Of a stretch of DNA of 56,539 nt, positions 10,905-22,735 are shown in pieces. The DNA is from an uncultured virus (IMG/VR IMGVR_UViG_2061766007_000535) (taxonomy: Duplodnaviria > Heunggongvirae > Uroviricota > Caudoviricetes). A program made the position numbers and the translations under genes. The notes below the pieces were generated by a model, which was not told the DNA's origin, made no database searches, and saw only the letters and a program-made list of their open reading frames with translations. The stretch lies in the IMG/VR virus record IMGVR_UViG_2061766007_000535; one strand, given 5' to 3'. Each line of letters begins with the position of its first letter. The first letter of the stretch is position 1.

Positions 10905-11141
10905 TCAGTCTTCTTCCTCTTCGTATTCGTCATCCTCGTCTTCGTCGCCGAAGCAGATGTCGAACCAGTCGGAGAGGGTCGCGAGCAGGTGGTTGTAGTC
11001 CCCGGCAGTCGCTTCCTTGTGGAACTCGTCCCACATGTCCATCTTGTGATTGCGGCGGAGCTCACGCTGCGCCACTCCGAGCAGAACGAAGGCGTTGGAA
11101 TCGACGCCTTCCAGGTTGAGCTTGATGTTCGTCTTGCTCAT
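10905..11141 (-). CDS. Small conserved phage protein with acidic tail (78 aa)
   Basis: LEGVDSNAFVLLG...EATAGDYNHLL pattern seen in prophage accessory genes; GGAGG SD. Confidence 0.7.
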   Translation of the reverse strand: MSKTNIKLNLEGVDSNAFVLLGVAQRELRRNHKMDMWDEFHKEATAGDYNHLLATLSDWFDICFGDEDEDDEYEEEED

Positions 11142-11166
11142 GTTTGCCTCCATCAGNNNNNNNNNN

Positions 11167-13369
11167 CTCGTGGGATTCGAATACACTGTTCTTCTGGAAC
11201 GGCAACGTCTGGAAGTACACGGACAGCGAGGAGGGACCCCTGGCTCCTGTCCTGTGTGCCACTGTAGACGATACGGTGTCAAACGGNNNNNNNNNNAGGT
11301 AACGGCTCGCCACTCAAGGTCGTCGCATCCTCCGCCACTGCAAATGCATTCGGCACAGTGAAAACCGATGCGACCGTTACCAATGGGGCCTCTCTCGTCA
11401 ACACGAACGGCTCGATCAAGGCGACGGTCTCCTCGGCTACGACCACTCAGCTCGGTACGGTGAAAGTCACGACCACTGCATCCAATGGTGTAGCCCTTGC
11501 CATCGCAAACGGTGCAGTCAGCGCAACGCAGACCTTCGCGACAAATGCAGAGGCGTCTGCCGGAACGATCACCTCGAAAGGTGTCACGCCCGCAGGCATG
11601 AAGAATGCCATGACGTGGACCGCTATTCAGGACAANNNNNNNNNNACATCTGCCGGAACGATCACCTCGAAAGGTGTTACGCCCGCAGGCATGAAGAATG
11701 CCATGACGTGGACCGCTATTCAGGACAAAGGCACATCGAATACGGTGACGCTGGCTCCGGGCGGGGTGTTTAAGGTAGCCCCGACTGGTACACTTACGCT
11801 CAGCGCCGGAACCATTGCCTCGGCAGGGGCTTATGGTGCGGATGCCAGACTTGAAGTGTATGTCGGAACCAGTCCGGTTTCGGCTGTCTCTCCGCTCATC
11901 CTGGCAGCCCCTTTNNNNNNNNNNCGCCCCGACTGGTACGCTTACGCTCAGTGCCGGAACCATTGCCTCGGCAGGGGCTTATGGTGCTGATGCCAGACTT
12001 GAGGTGTATGTTGGAACCAGTCCGGTTTCGGCTGTCTCTCCGCTCATCCTGGCAGCCCCTTTGACTCCCAATGCGGGAAACAACTGCGTTGTCAAATATC
12101 GAGGCGGGTTTGCTTACCTGTACAAGGAAGGGGCAGAAGCAGGTTATCCTGTGACCGTCTCAGCAGGGGCATCCACCTTGTCCGGNNNNNNNNNNGGCAG
12201 GGGCATCCACCTTGTCCGGCACACTGGCCTATGGTGTTGCGAATAGCAATGGCTGGATCGTCATTCCCGAAGGAATGTCTGAGCCGGGACGTGTCGTTGA
12301 CGGCGGTACGATGACGCTGAAAAAGAACACGAATATCATCGGAGCCGGTTCCGATACCCGTATCTCCGGCACGTTCAACACGAGTTCCGGCTACCTGAAC
12401 CTCACCAATGTCAACCTTTACAGAGTTGCAATGACAGGTAACAAAGCCATAACATTCGGCGGGACCTGCTATCTCGAAGGGACGGGTTCGGATCTCGTGA
12501 CAACCGGTCCGACNNNNNNNNNNTATCGGAGCCGGGTCCGACACCCGTATCTCCGGTACGTTCAACACGAGTTCCGGTTACCTGAACCTCACCAATGTCA
12601 ACCTTTACAGAGTTGCAATGACAGGAAACAAAGCCATAACATTCGGCGGAACCTGCTATCTCGAAGGAACAGGTTCGGATCTCGTGACAAGCGGTCCGAC
12701 AGGGTCAGGCGGTGCATATGTGAGTATCGGGAAAGGTACCAGAATTGAGGGGCTCAAGGGAGAAGGGCGTACAACGCCTTGCATCAACTTGAACAAACAC
12801 TGGCTGAAGGCATCTGGCGGGGTTACCGTAGAGAACGCTTATATCTACAACGGATTCAGCTACGATGATGAACCGNNNNNNNNNNGCGGTCCGACAGGGT
12901 CGGGCGGTGCTTATGTGAGTATCGGGCAAGGTGCCAGAATCGAGGGACTCAAGGGTGAAGGGCGCATAACGCCTTGCATCAACCTGAACAAACACTGGCT
13001 GAAGGCATCTGGCGGGGTTGCCGTAGAGAACGCTTATATCTACAACGGATTCAGCTACGATGATGAACCGATGTTCATGGGGGATATGAACCTGTCGAGC
13101 GTGACAATCACCAACTGTTCGGCAACGCAGAGCGGTATGCTTATCCGTACCGAGGAAGGAGACAGGGCCAATCTTACGGACTGTGTAATCACTGGCTATC
13201 AGGATGACTGCAGGGGAGCCTTTGTTCAAATCGATGGGGAAAGCTACCTCAACATGAGTCGCTGTTCTATTGTTGGCAATAGCGGCGGAACCGTTTCCGA
13301 AGAAGGGCCAATGCATTTATATGGTTATACCACTGCCGATTCCTGCACGTTCGCAAGCAATGCAATTAC
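11167..13369 (+). CDS. Beta-helix fibre/RBP, overlapping allele fragments
   Basis: Homologous to 29209.. and 32396..34462 (AGNNCVVKYRGG, GFSYDDEPMF). Confidence 0.75.
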
Positions 13370-13379
13370 NNNNNNNNNN

Positions 13380-13930
13380 ATATCGTCGAATACGGCGGAT
13401 ATGTTCGTGTTCCGACCGGGGCCGTCGGCCAGTTCGAGCAGACCGTAATTCCGAATCTCGCTCTGTCGGCTTCTCAGTCGGCGACGATCCACAGCGGGAA
13501 CCAGGTCAGCAACGCCACCATTTTGAGCGGCGGCTCGCTCCACGTTTTCGAGGAAGGAACGCTGACCGGGCAATGCAGCGTTCTGAACGGAGGAAGCATG
13601 GTTCTGTACAACGGAGCCAATCTGGATTTCCGTATTGCGGACATGTCTCCGGGGGATACGGCTAGATTCAATGACGTAACGAAAATTTCGAGGAGCGGCA
13701 ACGCCGTCGTCTCTTACACGCTGACGGTATCGGAAGACCAGCCATCCGGGGTGTACGCTCTTGGCAGCAACTGCTCCTCATGGAATACTGAACTGCTGGT
13801 GCGGACGGACGACGGAACAAGCCTCGGCACTCTTGCATTGAACGAATCACTCACGGCAAACGGCATGGTGTTCTCTTTGTCGATCATTGACAATGAGCTC
13901 TCCGTGACGGTCAGCCGCTCAAACCAATAA
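13380..13930 (+). CDS. AIDA-like fibre/adhesin, C-terminal half
   Basis: ILSGGSLHV...YTLTVSEDQPSGVYAL...LGTLALN...LSVTVSRSNQ-stop. Confidence 0.75.
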
Positions 13931-13945
13931 CAGAGGAATTTTAAC

Positions 13946-15272
13946 ATGGCGGACAAGAAAGTTCAAATCAAAAACACAGGCGGCGACAGTCTCTTCCCGC
14001 GGGCTACGCTGGACAATATCGGGGCAAACACGGCATCCAACACGACCATGATTGCCTCCGGCGGGAAAATTCTGAACACCTATCTGCCGTCTGCAACAAG
14101 CGCCGCGGCCGGAACCGTCCAGCTTGCGACTGATGCGGAAACGTCTTCCGGGACCGTAACTGGTAAAGCTGTCACCCCTGCAGGCATGAAGAATGCTATG
14201 ATGTGGACGGCAATTCAGGACAAAGGGACCTCGGCCATTGTGGTGCAGCCGGGTGGAGTGTACAGAGGTACATGCCTGAGCGGATCCAGAACCATCAGCG
14301 CAAATGCGACCTCAGAGTCCATGTACGGAGCTGATGCTTATGTGGAGATGTTCCTTGATAAAGGAGCAAGCGTCAGGACGAGTGGCGCACTGACTCTTAT
14401 GACACCTCTGACTGCCGGAGCCGGGAACAACTGTGTTGTCAAATTCCGTAACGGCAGGGCATACATGTATCAGGAAAGCACAGATGCCGGTTACATGGTG
14501 ACCAACAGCTCGACTGATTCTGCGACAGCCGGATCCATCGCTTATGGAATTGTCAACGGAAACAAATGGATTGTTGTTCCGTCTTTTTCCTCCAACAGCA
14601 TCATGGTTGGTTATTCCAATTCCATGATCCCCGTGTCGACGCACGTGAACATTCTGGGCAAAATCACCAGCGGAACAAGTCGGCAGAGCATCTACCTTTA
14701 CTGCAATCTTACTTCCGGCGGCATTTCGCTAAGAGATATCGATCTTTCCGGAGGAGATTGTACCACCGATAGCGCGACTTCTGCGACGACTCCAATTACA
14801 ATCTACGGTCATTGCGGGATTGGCAGCATTAAGCCGTTCACAAATGGCGGTGTTTTCGTGGTTACCTCGGGTGCTTCGCTGGAAGGAAGAGCAGGTTCTT
14901 CCGGTGGTCTGAACTTTTCCAGTTTTGCAGGGATACCAAGTACGCTCTCCTGCACCAACGCCACGCTGAAGGACTTGAAAATCACAAACCTGAACAGCAG
15001 TCCGAGCAATGCGGACCACGGTCCCATTATGAAAGCCTTCAATGGAGGGTCGGCGTGTCTTGACACCGTCACGCTCACATCTGCCAGAGCATGTCTTGGA
15101 ACCGCGTATTCCAGAGGAGACCTGACGTTGTCCAACTGCACAGTTCAGGGAATCGGCATGATGGCGGACGGTGCGATTGTTGGTTTTACCTCCCAAAGCA
15201 AGGTCACCATGTCCGGATGCGTGTTCAACTATGTGAGGGCTTCCAGCGGAACATATGAGAGCAGCACCAGAG
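13946..15272 (+). CDS. Alternative fibre/RBP with divergent beta-helix C-domain (3' truncated by gap)
   Basis: GAGGA SD, MADKKVQIKNTGGDSLFPR; shares AGNNCVVK then diverges from the 32396 type. Confidence 0.8.
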
Positions 15273-15283
15273 CNNNNNNNNNN

Positions 15284-16119
15284 GTAATAGGATCATAATC
15301 CTCGTCAGAAGCAGGATCTTGTGTCGTGTTATCATGATCAGATTCGCACATTTCCCAGACATTTCCGAACATATCGTAGAAGCCCCAGGGATTAGGCGGG
15401 AATGAACCGACTTTGTTCGTCCGCTTTTCTCTTGGAATAAAATTTCCACCCATGAGCATTTTACCAAATTGTCCTACTGTTATGAACTGGGCATTGGCAT
15501 CGATGATATTTGTCATGCCCGGTTTGATACTGTCATCTCCCCAATAAGTACTTTTTGGAGTTCCGGCTCTGCACGCATATTCCCATTGATCCACGGTTGG
15601 AACATCAAAGTAGTAACCTTCCGGGAGTTTTCCGGCATATAGATCATTCAACTTATTACAAAACATTTTTACTTCGTCCCAAGTAATCCAAACTACCGGA
15701 TGTTTTTCAAATCCATATTTCAGAAAACTCGTCAAATCTGATCCGTCAGCACTTTTTTCCCCTTTCATGACTGCCCCCCACTGTTCCTGCGTGACTTCGT
15801 ATTTCCCCAGCCAAAACGCCTTTTGTAATGTCGCTTCCTCGCTGCGCACACCAGGATACCAATCTCTGGATTCAAATGTCTTTTGCACCGCGAAAGGAGC
15901 CACGATTTGAAATGACCCCCGTTTGACTTTGATCATTTCAAGTGTCTTTCCCCCCGGCAAGGCAACGTTCAGAACAGAATTGGCTTCTGTATCATCGTCC
16001 CATCCGTTTGGTGCGATAGCCGTGGAATCCTTGCCTCTTCCGCATGACAACAAACAAAGAAGGGATGCGGACAGCAATAGACTGCATGCAACGTTTTTTA
16101 CGAACGAAAAGATTTTCAT
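15284..16119 (-). CDS. FGE-sulfatase (SUMF1-family) lipoprotein; candidate immunity protein
   Basis: Lipobox LLSC; KYEVTQEQW, HPVVWITW, PTVDQWEYACRAGT, PNPWGFYDMFGNVWE; start overlaps the RHS stop codon. Confidence 0.85.
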
Positions 16120-17330
16120 TTCACGTCTCTATCATTTCTTGGTGTAAACTCGTCGTCACAAGGAAAATCTATTTTATATTTATATATCTCATTTTCTAAC
16201 TTAAATAACTGCTCTCCAATAGGATCAGAAAAAGTTGATTTAATTAATTTATATGACATTCTATTAGAAGGATTAGGGCCTTGTATAAAAGCTTCGTCTC
16301 CCTTGGTGTGTAATTTCGGTGACTGTATGTTATATTGATAAAGTTTTTCAATCACACCAGAGGCATCTCTCTTTGCATGAGATGGAGTAAAAGAATCTTG
16401 AAGATAATGAAGCATTTTTCCTAACAAAAAGCCACATTCACAGGGGATTCCATCACTACCATTATTGGAAAAGATTGCTCTTTGCATTTGATGAGTGATT
16501 TCTATTATTTTGTTAATAGCTTTTATTTGAGCATCTTTTCTTTCATCACGACTGGCATTGAGGCTTGCGGAATACATCGCATGTTGCCATTGCTCTTTTC
16601 CATAATGAGAATTTAAAAATGCAGATTGAATTCCTCTACGTATAGCGCGTTCTGCTAATGGGGTAACTATGCTTGAATCCTCCCACCAATTTGCACTATA
16701 TTCAATTTTAGGAACCGAGCGAATGGAAGCCTTTATGTTATCTTCTATTTCATTTGCATACATTTGTATTCCTTGCAAAAACAAAGGAACATATTCTTTT
16801 TTTATTTCTGTTACCGTATTATCAAAGTCCATATCTGCTCGTTTAGCAAATTGAATACCAATAAGAAATGAATAATCCAACTTTAAATCAGGTTCAATAA
16901 GTCCAGCAGCAACATTATTGATAAAAACAGACTTTTCACAACTGCTATTCAACCTGATTATTCCTCTTTGTAATGCAGATTCAACGACTAATATCCCCTG
17001 TGAAATATGATTCTCTAAGCTTGTTAGTCCTCTCATATCCCACGCATTCACGGTATTATTCCGGCAGAAGGCATAGAGGTTGAGGCCACCATCTTCTCCA
17101 ATGGTATCCCTCGTCATCCAATTTCCAATGCGCGAGTTATAGTATCTAAAAAGATAGGAATACAAACCTGTTTCCCTGTCAAAATATTCACTTGAAAATA
17201 AGAATCTAATGGAAAGATCATTATGGTATGAAATTAAATTACCGAAAGGATCATACCAGAATTCGTCCTCGACTGCACCTGTAGCCGAAATACGTTCACA
17301 AACATTTTTTGTTAAATCATGAGTAACCGA
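16116..17330 (-). CDS. RHS core + toxin C-terminus (5' truncated)
   Basis: YDPFGN...FSSEYFDRETGLYSYLFRYYN...DTIGEDGGLNLYAFCRNNTVNAWDMRGL, then an AT-rich CT with GKMLHYLQDSFTPSH. Confidence 0.9.
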   Translation of the reverse strand, partial: SVTHDLTKNVCERISATGAVEDEFWYDPFGNLISYHNDLSIRFLFSSEYFDRETGLYSYLFRYYNSRIGNWMTRDTIGEDGGLNLYAFCRNNTVNAWDMRGLTSLENHISQGILVVESALQRGIIRLNSSCEKSVFINNVAAGLIEPDLKLDYSFLIGIQFAKRADMDFDNTVTEIKKEYVPLFLQGIQMYANEIEDNIKASIRSVPKIEYSANWWEDSSIVTPLAERAIRRGIQSAFLNSHYGKEQWQHAMYSASLNASRDERKDAQIKAINKIIEITHQMQRAIFSNNGSDGIPCECGFLLGKMLHYLQDSFTPSHAKRDASGVIEKLYQYNIQSPKLHTKGDEAFIQGPNPSNRMSYKLIKSTFSDPIGEQLFKLENEIYKYKIDFPCDDEFTPRNDRDVK

Positions 17331-17332
17331 AT

Positions 17333-17377
17333 GGTCTATCCTCAAATCTCGTAAGAGATAGGGATAGACCTTGTGCC
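17333..17377 (-). mobile_element. IS3-family transposase remnant fused to the RHS core
   Basis: HKVYPYLLRDLRID matches the HK(I/V)YPYLLR motif of IS3 OrfB; only 15 codons visible. Confidence 0.55.
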
Positions 17378-17463
17378 NNNNNNNNNNTCTCATCGGGATC
17401 AAAGATGAACTTGGTGGCGTTCCACGGCTCGCCGCCACGCTTTGTCACGTATTCAAGAAAAAA

Positions 17464-17513
17464 CGGACATCTTAAATGGCGCGAAAATCGGACAAATTAT
17501 CTGGCGTCTAACA
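17464..17513 (-). mobile_element. Putative IS end (IS21/IS1202-like multi-site terminus)
   Basis: Minus strand begins TGTTAGA, then two repeats CGCCAGATAATTTGTCCG / CGCCATTTAAGATGTCCG. Confidence 0.4.
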
Positions 17514-17536
17514 AGCAGGACGATAAAGATGTGTTA

Positions 17537-18655
17537 TCAATCTTCTATCTTAGGAAACTTTTTCTGTGTCAATTCTTTGTCCCCTTCCTTATAGGTAAAA
17601 ACGAGTTTTTTTGCCTTGTTTCCCAAATTGTCAAATGTCATCGTCGCCGAGAACGGCGAGATAGACAAATCGACATTGGATTCGATGGGCTTTAGAACAA
17701 CATCGTTTTTATCTGCGTTGGAGGGATAGATTCTTGGGTAAACAGAAGAAAACCAATAACGGATGTTCTTTGAATCAAATGACATCTGTCCATAAAGTTT
17801 GCCTTGATAATAGATGGAGGCATGCAGGATTTCCGAAGCTGCCTCTTCAAAAAGAAAGCTGTACCCATTTTTACAATGGATTTCGATTTGATTCTCCCTC
17901 TGCACGGATTCGAAGTTTTTCTCCGGTTCAGTACGAAGGGATTTTGGAGAGGAAAACAACAGCCCGGTCGGAATGTATTGGTCATGCTCCATCAAAGGGA
18001 TTTCGTTTGTCAGGTATGTCTGCCGCGTCTCTACTTTTGAATCTTTATATAGCTTATTCGTAATAAAAGATTCATCTTTTTGGGAGCGGATCATAAGCTG
18101 GTTGGTGTATCGTACACCATGCATCTTTTGAAACGCCCGAATGACTGGCAGACCAAAAACAAGCCATGCATTATAGTCGAAATAATCCACACCCTCTTGT
18201 GTTTTTTCTAAATATTTCTCAAAATTGAAAAAAACTTGCTCAAAAACACGTTTTTCTTCCGTTGTGCCGGGGGTGGAATTCAGATAGATAGAACTCACGA
18301 AATCATAGTTCTTATTGGAAAGAATAAGGCAAATAGATCCAATCTCCATTTCCCCTGCTTCTTTTGCTTTTTGGGGATTCGACAGAATGATACGGAAAAA
18401 GAAATCTTTCAAACCATTTTGTCGAATCTCTATGATGTCAGTGCTCTTAACAGAGTCATCAAGAGACTCCAACGCAGGAGAAAGGATAACTGCTTCCTCT
18501 GGACTGACAACTTTCACCTCGATTCCGGATAGTTTTATTCCAAATAGGAGAAATGAAACGGTTAAAAACAAGGAGACGGTCTTAGCCGGATGACTAAGTG
18601 CGCCTACATAGCTAAGCGGCAAACGGCTGGACTCAATCCTGTATTCCTTACTCAT
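17537..18655 (-). CDS. Hypothetical exported protein (372 aa), immunity-like, with RHS-type leader peptide
   Basis: Intact low-GC ORF; hydrophobic segment after residue 25; first 24 aa match the 19259 gene. Confidence 0.7.
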   Translation of the reverse strand: MSKEYRIESSRLPLSYVGALSHPAKTVSLFLTVSFLLFGIKLSGIEVKVVSPEEAVILSPALESLDDSVKSTDIIEIRQNGLKDFFFRIILSNPQKAKEAGEMEIGSICLILSNKNYDFVSSIYLNSTPGTTEEKRVFEQVFFNFEKYLEKTQEGVDYFDYNAWLVFGLPVIRAFQKMHGVRYTNQLMIRSQKDESFITNKLYKDSKVETRQTYLTNEIPLMEHDQYIPTGLLFSSPKSLRTEPEKNFESVQRENQIEIHCKNGYSFLFEEAASEILHASIYYQGKLYGQMSFDSKNIRYWFSSVYPRIYPSNADKNDVVLKPIESNVDLSISPFSATMTFDNLGNKAKKLVFTYKEGDKELTQKKFPKIED

Positions 18656-18857
18656 CGTTTCAGTCCTTTCGGTTTGTTTGATTCAAAACAGCGGATACNN
18701 NNNNNNNNGAGCTGAGGCAGCTCTTCCCTCGATGCGGAATCTGCCTCGTTCTTCCCGAAATGCAGCTCCAATACAGGGGACGCTTCTCCGGTACTGAAAT
18801 ACTTCACCTCGACCTTGTAATACCCAGGACCGTCAAACGTGATCTCTNNNNNNNNNN

Positions 18858-19259
18858 CTCGACCTTGTAATATCCGCGGTCTGCAAACGTGATTTCTTCA
18901 ACGCTGCTCGACTCCGCCTGGGCTCCACATGTCACGCCCGTGCTGACTCCGTGCTCCCCGTCATAGATCGTCGCCTCCGCGCCGAAGTTCGCCCGAACAT
19001 AAAAACGATACGTCCCCGACTCCGAAATGTAGATGTATGCCGCATAGGAATGTGTGAACGGGCAACTGATGTCGGAAATCCCCTCGACATTCATCAAATC
19101 GTCTTCAATGATGCTGTAATGCTCCGAGCTGATCTCCGACGTCCCGGATACCGAGTAGGGAAGCTCCTCCAAATATACCCCGCGAACTGCCGGATGGCTA
19201 AGCCCTCCAAAATAACTTAGCGGTAAATGGCTGGACTCAATCCTGTATTCTCTGCTCAT
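18858..19259 (-). CDS. N-terminus of a large protein with PA14-like domain, probably an RHS toxin N-terminus
   Basis: YAAYIYISESGTYRFYVRANFGAEATI...GYYKVE; AAGGA SD; a related fragment lies at 18709..18847. Confidence 0.55.
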
Positions 19260-19359
19260 CGTTCCATATCCTTTTCGGTTGGTTTGATTGATTCAAAACA
19301 GCGGATACGAAAATCTGTTTCCCCTCGATATTTTTTAGGAGAAATCCACATTCACCCTT

Positions 19360-19387
19360 AAAATAACGCCTTTATGGCGTTTGTCAA
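19360..19387 (-). promoter_or_regulatory. sigma70 promoter with palindrome in the spacer
   Basis: TTGACA-16-TATTTT; AACGCC-N5-GGCGTT spans the spacer. Confidence 0.55.
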
Positions 19388-19870
19388 GCCATTTCTCATA
19401 AAAAATCAAGATTTTTTTGATGAGGGAGATTTCCAGCTACACTCGCACAGATGAAAGCAACGTCACCACCGCAAGCCCAAACTCCCCCGGCCACGCTGCG
19501 CTCGGCAGCGGACCAGTTGGACGTGACGAGAGATCGAATCGCTTCTTCCACAAAACTGGAAGCGAGCCACCTCTCCNNNNNNNNNNNNNNNNNNNNNNNN
19601 NNNNNNNNNNNNNNNNNNNNNNNNNNNNNNNNNNNNNNNNNNNNNNNNNNNNNNNNNNNNNNNNNNNNNNNNNNNNNNNNNNNNNNNNNNNNNNNNNNNN
19701 NNNNNNNNNNNNNNNNNNNNNNNNNNNNNNNNNNNNNNNNNNNNNNNNNNNNNNNNNNNNNNNNNNNNNNNNNNNNNNNNNNNNNNNNNNNNNNNNNNNN
19801 NNNNNNNNNNNNNNNNNNNNNNNNNNNNNNNNNNNNNNNNNNNNNNNNNNNNNNNNNNNNNNNNNNNNNN

Positions 19871-20558
19871 TACGCCTGTTGGCAGCATCTGTAGCTCTAT
19901 CTCCTGGTTCTACATGTGAGAATGGATTAATAATCCTAAAGAATCCACCGTGACCACCTCTAAATCCCATAAGGCCAAAGGTTACAGGCAAATATGTGAA
20001 ATCAATGGCATCGGGAGAACCTCGCAACGTCCCAACTTGTGCACCAAACCAACTATCATCTCGTTCAACTCCGTGTGCATAGTAGTCTTGCCACATATGA
20101 GTCAACAATCCCAAAGTTTCTAATGCATCAATACATTTACTTTCATCAAGATATCCTTTTTGATTGAGTATTTTATTTAGGTCACCAACGTTAGATGCAA
20201 GAGTAGCTTTATATTTTTCAATTGCCTGTAAATGTGTCCAATTCATTTGTGAACAATAATGATATTCTTGTTGTTTTCCAGTTTCACCGCTATCTGTATT
20301 AACATTAGACGCTATGACTATTGATATTAATTGTTCTTTAATTTTACCAATTACAATTATATCGCAATTATTCGACCTAGATATTTCAATTAAGCGAATT
20401 GAACTAAAAGCTGACCTTGTAATATTTCTGTGAGTTTCTCCCAACCATAGTCCCAGGTGGTCATATTTTTCAATGCAATTATTTTGACAAAATAAATATA
20501 AGTTTATTGAATTCAACTCTTGGGATGGGTCACGGGAAAGCCATCTGCCAAGTTCAGG
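19871..20558 (-). CDS. RHS core end + second toxin CT (partial)
   Basis: PELGRWLSRDP...NLYLFCQNNCIEKYDHLGL, then WLGETHRNIT...YH...GLLTHMWQDYYAHG. Confidence 0.85.
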
Positions 20559-20577
20559 NNNNNNNNNNATCACAGAA

Positions 20578-21639
20578 TCAATCTTCTTTTGAAGATTGGT
20601 TCAACTGATAAATATAGATCTTCTTATCATAACAATAAGCCAAATATTTGCCATTTTGGGAAAATGCAATGTTATCTGGAGTGAATCTTTTAGGAGAAAA
20701 GCACATATTAGGCGTAATGCGTTTATTGACAAATATTATATTTTTATCAAAATGATATAACAGCAAACGTGTTTCCCCCGTAAGTCTCATACGTGTCCCA
20801 ATCGAGATAATCATTCCAACCGTATTTCTATCTAAAAAACAAAGACCTTCATACCTATATGGAGCAAGTAATTGAAATTTAAATTTGGCTTCATTTTTTG
20901 AGAAACCGTTGTCATCGGGAAAAAAAGACAATAAAGGAGGCAATGTAAGACGATTTTCTTTGACCTTTTTTTGCCAATCCTCTTTCGGAATAAAAATAGT
21001 GGTAGCAAAATCAATATCATCTATTTTGTTTTCACTAACAATGTTATCTAAAAACTCTGATAAATATATTTGATGTACAAAAACGTTACTGACAATCTTA
21101 ATCGTTTTAATTAGACTTTTATCTTTGGAGTCATATATCATCCATTGTCCATCATCCTCTATAAGAAGATACGGAAATACCGAATCGCTTCTGAAAATAC
21201 ACTCACATCTTCGATCTTTTCCAAGCGGCATACTCCATACCACCTCATACCCAGTTGTATTTTTTTTCTTCAAAATTATATTTGAAGAATAGCCAAAGAA
21301 CCATAAATCAGTTTTATCCACCTGATGCTCTCCGTAGTCATCTTTCTTATATAACTGGCATTCCGTCACGAACTTCACTTTGTTAATGAGTTTTGGAACA
21401 CCGGTAGGAACTCTATTGTTGATTTTGTTGATTTTCTGAGAAGCAATATTATACTCTTGATATTTCACTTTATTCTCATCATCTATAAAACACAAAATCA
21501 AACTTTTCTCCATTTCATCAAAGCTCATATATGTGGGATTTGACTCTATTGTTTTAACTAATTTCATTTCAATCTCGTTTGCATTTAAGTTATAAGATAA
21601 GGTCAATAACCACAATACAACTATCACCACATTTAACAT
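20578..21639 (-). CDS. AT-rich secreted protein, beta-propeller-like; candidate immunity protein
   Basis: Signal-like MLNVVIVVLWLLTLSYNLNA; C-terminal IAFSQNGKYLAY; start could be 21714. Confidence 0.6.
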   Translation of the reverse strand: MLNVVIVVLWLLTLSYNLNANEIEMKLVKTIESNPTYMSFDEMEKSLILCFIDDENKVKYQEYNIASQKINKINNRVPTGVPKLINKVKFVTECQLYKKDDYGEHQVDKTDLWFFGYSSNIILKKKNTTGYEVVWSMPLGKDRRCECIFRSDSVFPYLLIEDDGQWMIYDSKDKSLIKTIKIVSNVFVHQIYLSEFLDNIVSENKIDDIDFATTIFIPKEDWQKKVKENRLTLPPLLSFFPDDNGFSKNEAKFKFQLLAPYRYEGLCFLDRNTVGMIISIGTRMRLTGETRLLLYHFDKNIIFVNKRITPNMCFSPKRFTPDNIAFSQNGKYLAYCYDKKIYIYQLNQSSKED

Positions 21640-21732
21640 ATTTTTATATACACATTTACATTTTTTAATCCATTTGTTAAGATATATAACTAGTTTATTG
21701 CGAGTAAAAATCATCGCTTGATNNNNNNNNNN

Positions 21733-22177
21733 TGGTCAGCGGGTCGTCCCGGGTCGAGACGCCACGATACCATGCGTAGGTGACGTTGAATTTCGGCCCG
21801 GTGTTCGACAGGGAAACGCCTTTCTGTGCGCGCTCCCCGAACTCATTGTCCGGACAGAGAAACATCTTTGAGTCGTCAAGATACTGGGTGCGAAGAAGCT
21901 CGAAGTCCTCGCAGCAATCGGTCTTGGAGGCCCATTCGCTCGTTTTCGGATCGGGGACGCTTCTGGCGCAGGGGAAACGTCCGTCATTGCTCAACGAATA
22001 CTGATGGCAGGCCTTGTAGATTTGCTGCAGATAGCACGCACAAACCAATTCCCGATCCAATTCTTTTGGATGCAGGACATACTCCTCGTAGAGAGTCCAG
22101 GCAAGAAAGAGGATGCACGTGCAGACGATGACGATAATCAGTTCAACGAGGGTAAAAAAAATGCATTTACGTTTCAT
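21733..22177 (-). CDS. Prepilin-type N-terminal / DUF1559-like protein (partial)
   Basis: FTLVELIIVI...CACYLQQIYKACHQY...NDGRFP...MFLCP, typical of PVC pseudopilins. Confidence 0.8.
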
Positions 22178-22210
22178 CGTGTGCCGTTCCCGTTCCATTC
22201 NNNNNNNNNN

Positions 22211-22735
22211 GCAATGATTTGCGATGTTGTTTCTTGTGCTCCAAAAGATATAACTGCAGCAAGGGCAGCTCCAACAACTGCACCGATTGCGATATGAATC
22301 CATTCCCCTTTTTCATCCCACAAATTCACCACATTATTTCCGCACATCAGATACAGATTCCAGCCGCCTTTTTCCCCGATTGGGTCTTTTGTGAGCCATT
22401 TTCCGATGGCGGGGAAGTAGTATCTGAAGTTGTAGTAGACGAGACCGAGGTCAGCGTCGAACTGTTCGGAGGAGAACTGGAGTGGGTTGTTTGCGGCGAT
22501 GGTACCGGATTCGGAGAGTTTTTGTCCGAAGGGGCCGTAGAGGTAGGTTGCGACACGGGTCTTGGACGGATTGAAGAGTCCGAGGACGTTCTTGTTGGCG
22601 TCGACGAGNNNNNNNNNNAATGGCTCCAGCAACAATCCATACAACCCAATCAGCTATTTGCCCCCTTTCATCCCACACATTCACCACATTATTTCTGCAC
22701 ATCAGATACAGATTCCAGCCACCTTTTTCCCCGAT
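22211..22735 (-). CDS. Two RHS core/CT junction fragments
   Basis: DANKNVLGL...YGPFG...FSSEQFDADLGLVYYNFRYY...DPIGEKGGWNLY. CTs start WIHIAIGAVVGAA and QIADWVVWIVAGAI. Confidence 0.9.

Noticed and set aside
15284..16119. Diversity-generating retroelement target (FGE/CLec fold)
   Set aside because: No reverse transcriptase and no TR/VR pair with adenine-specific mismatches seen; allele differences are not A-biased.
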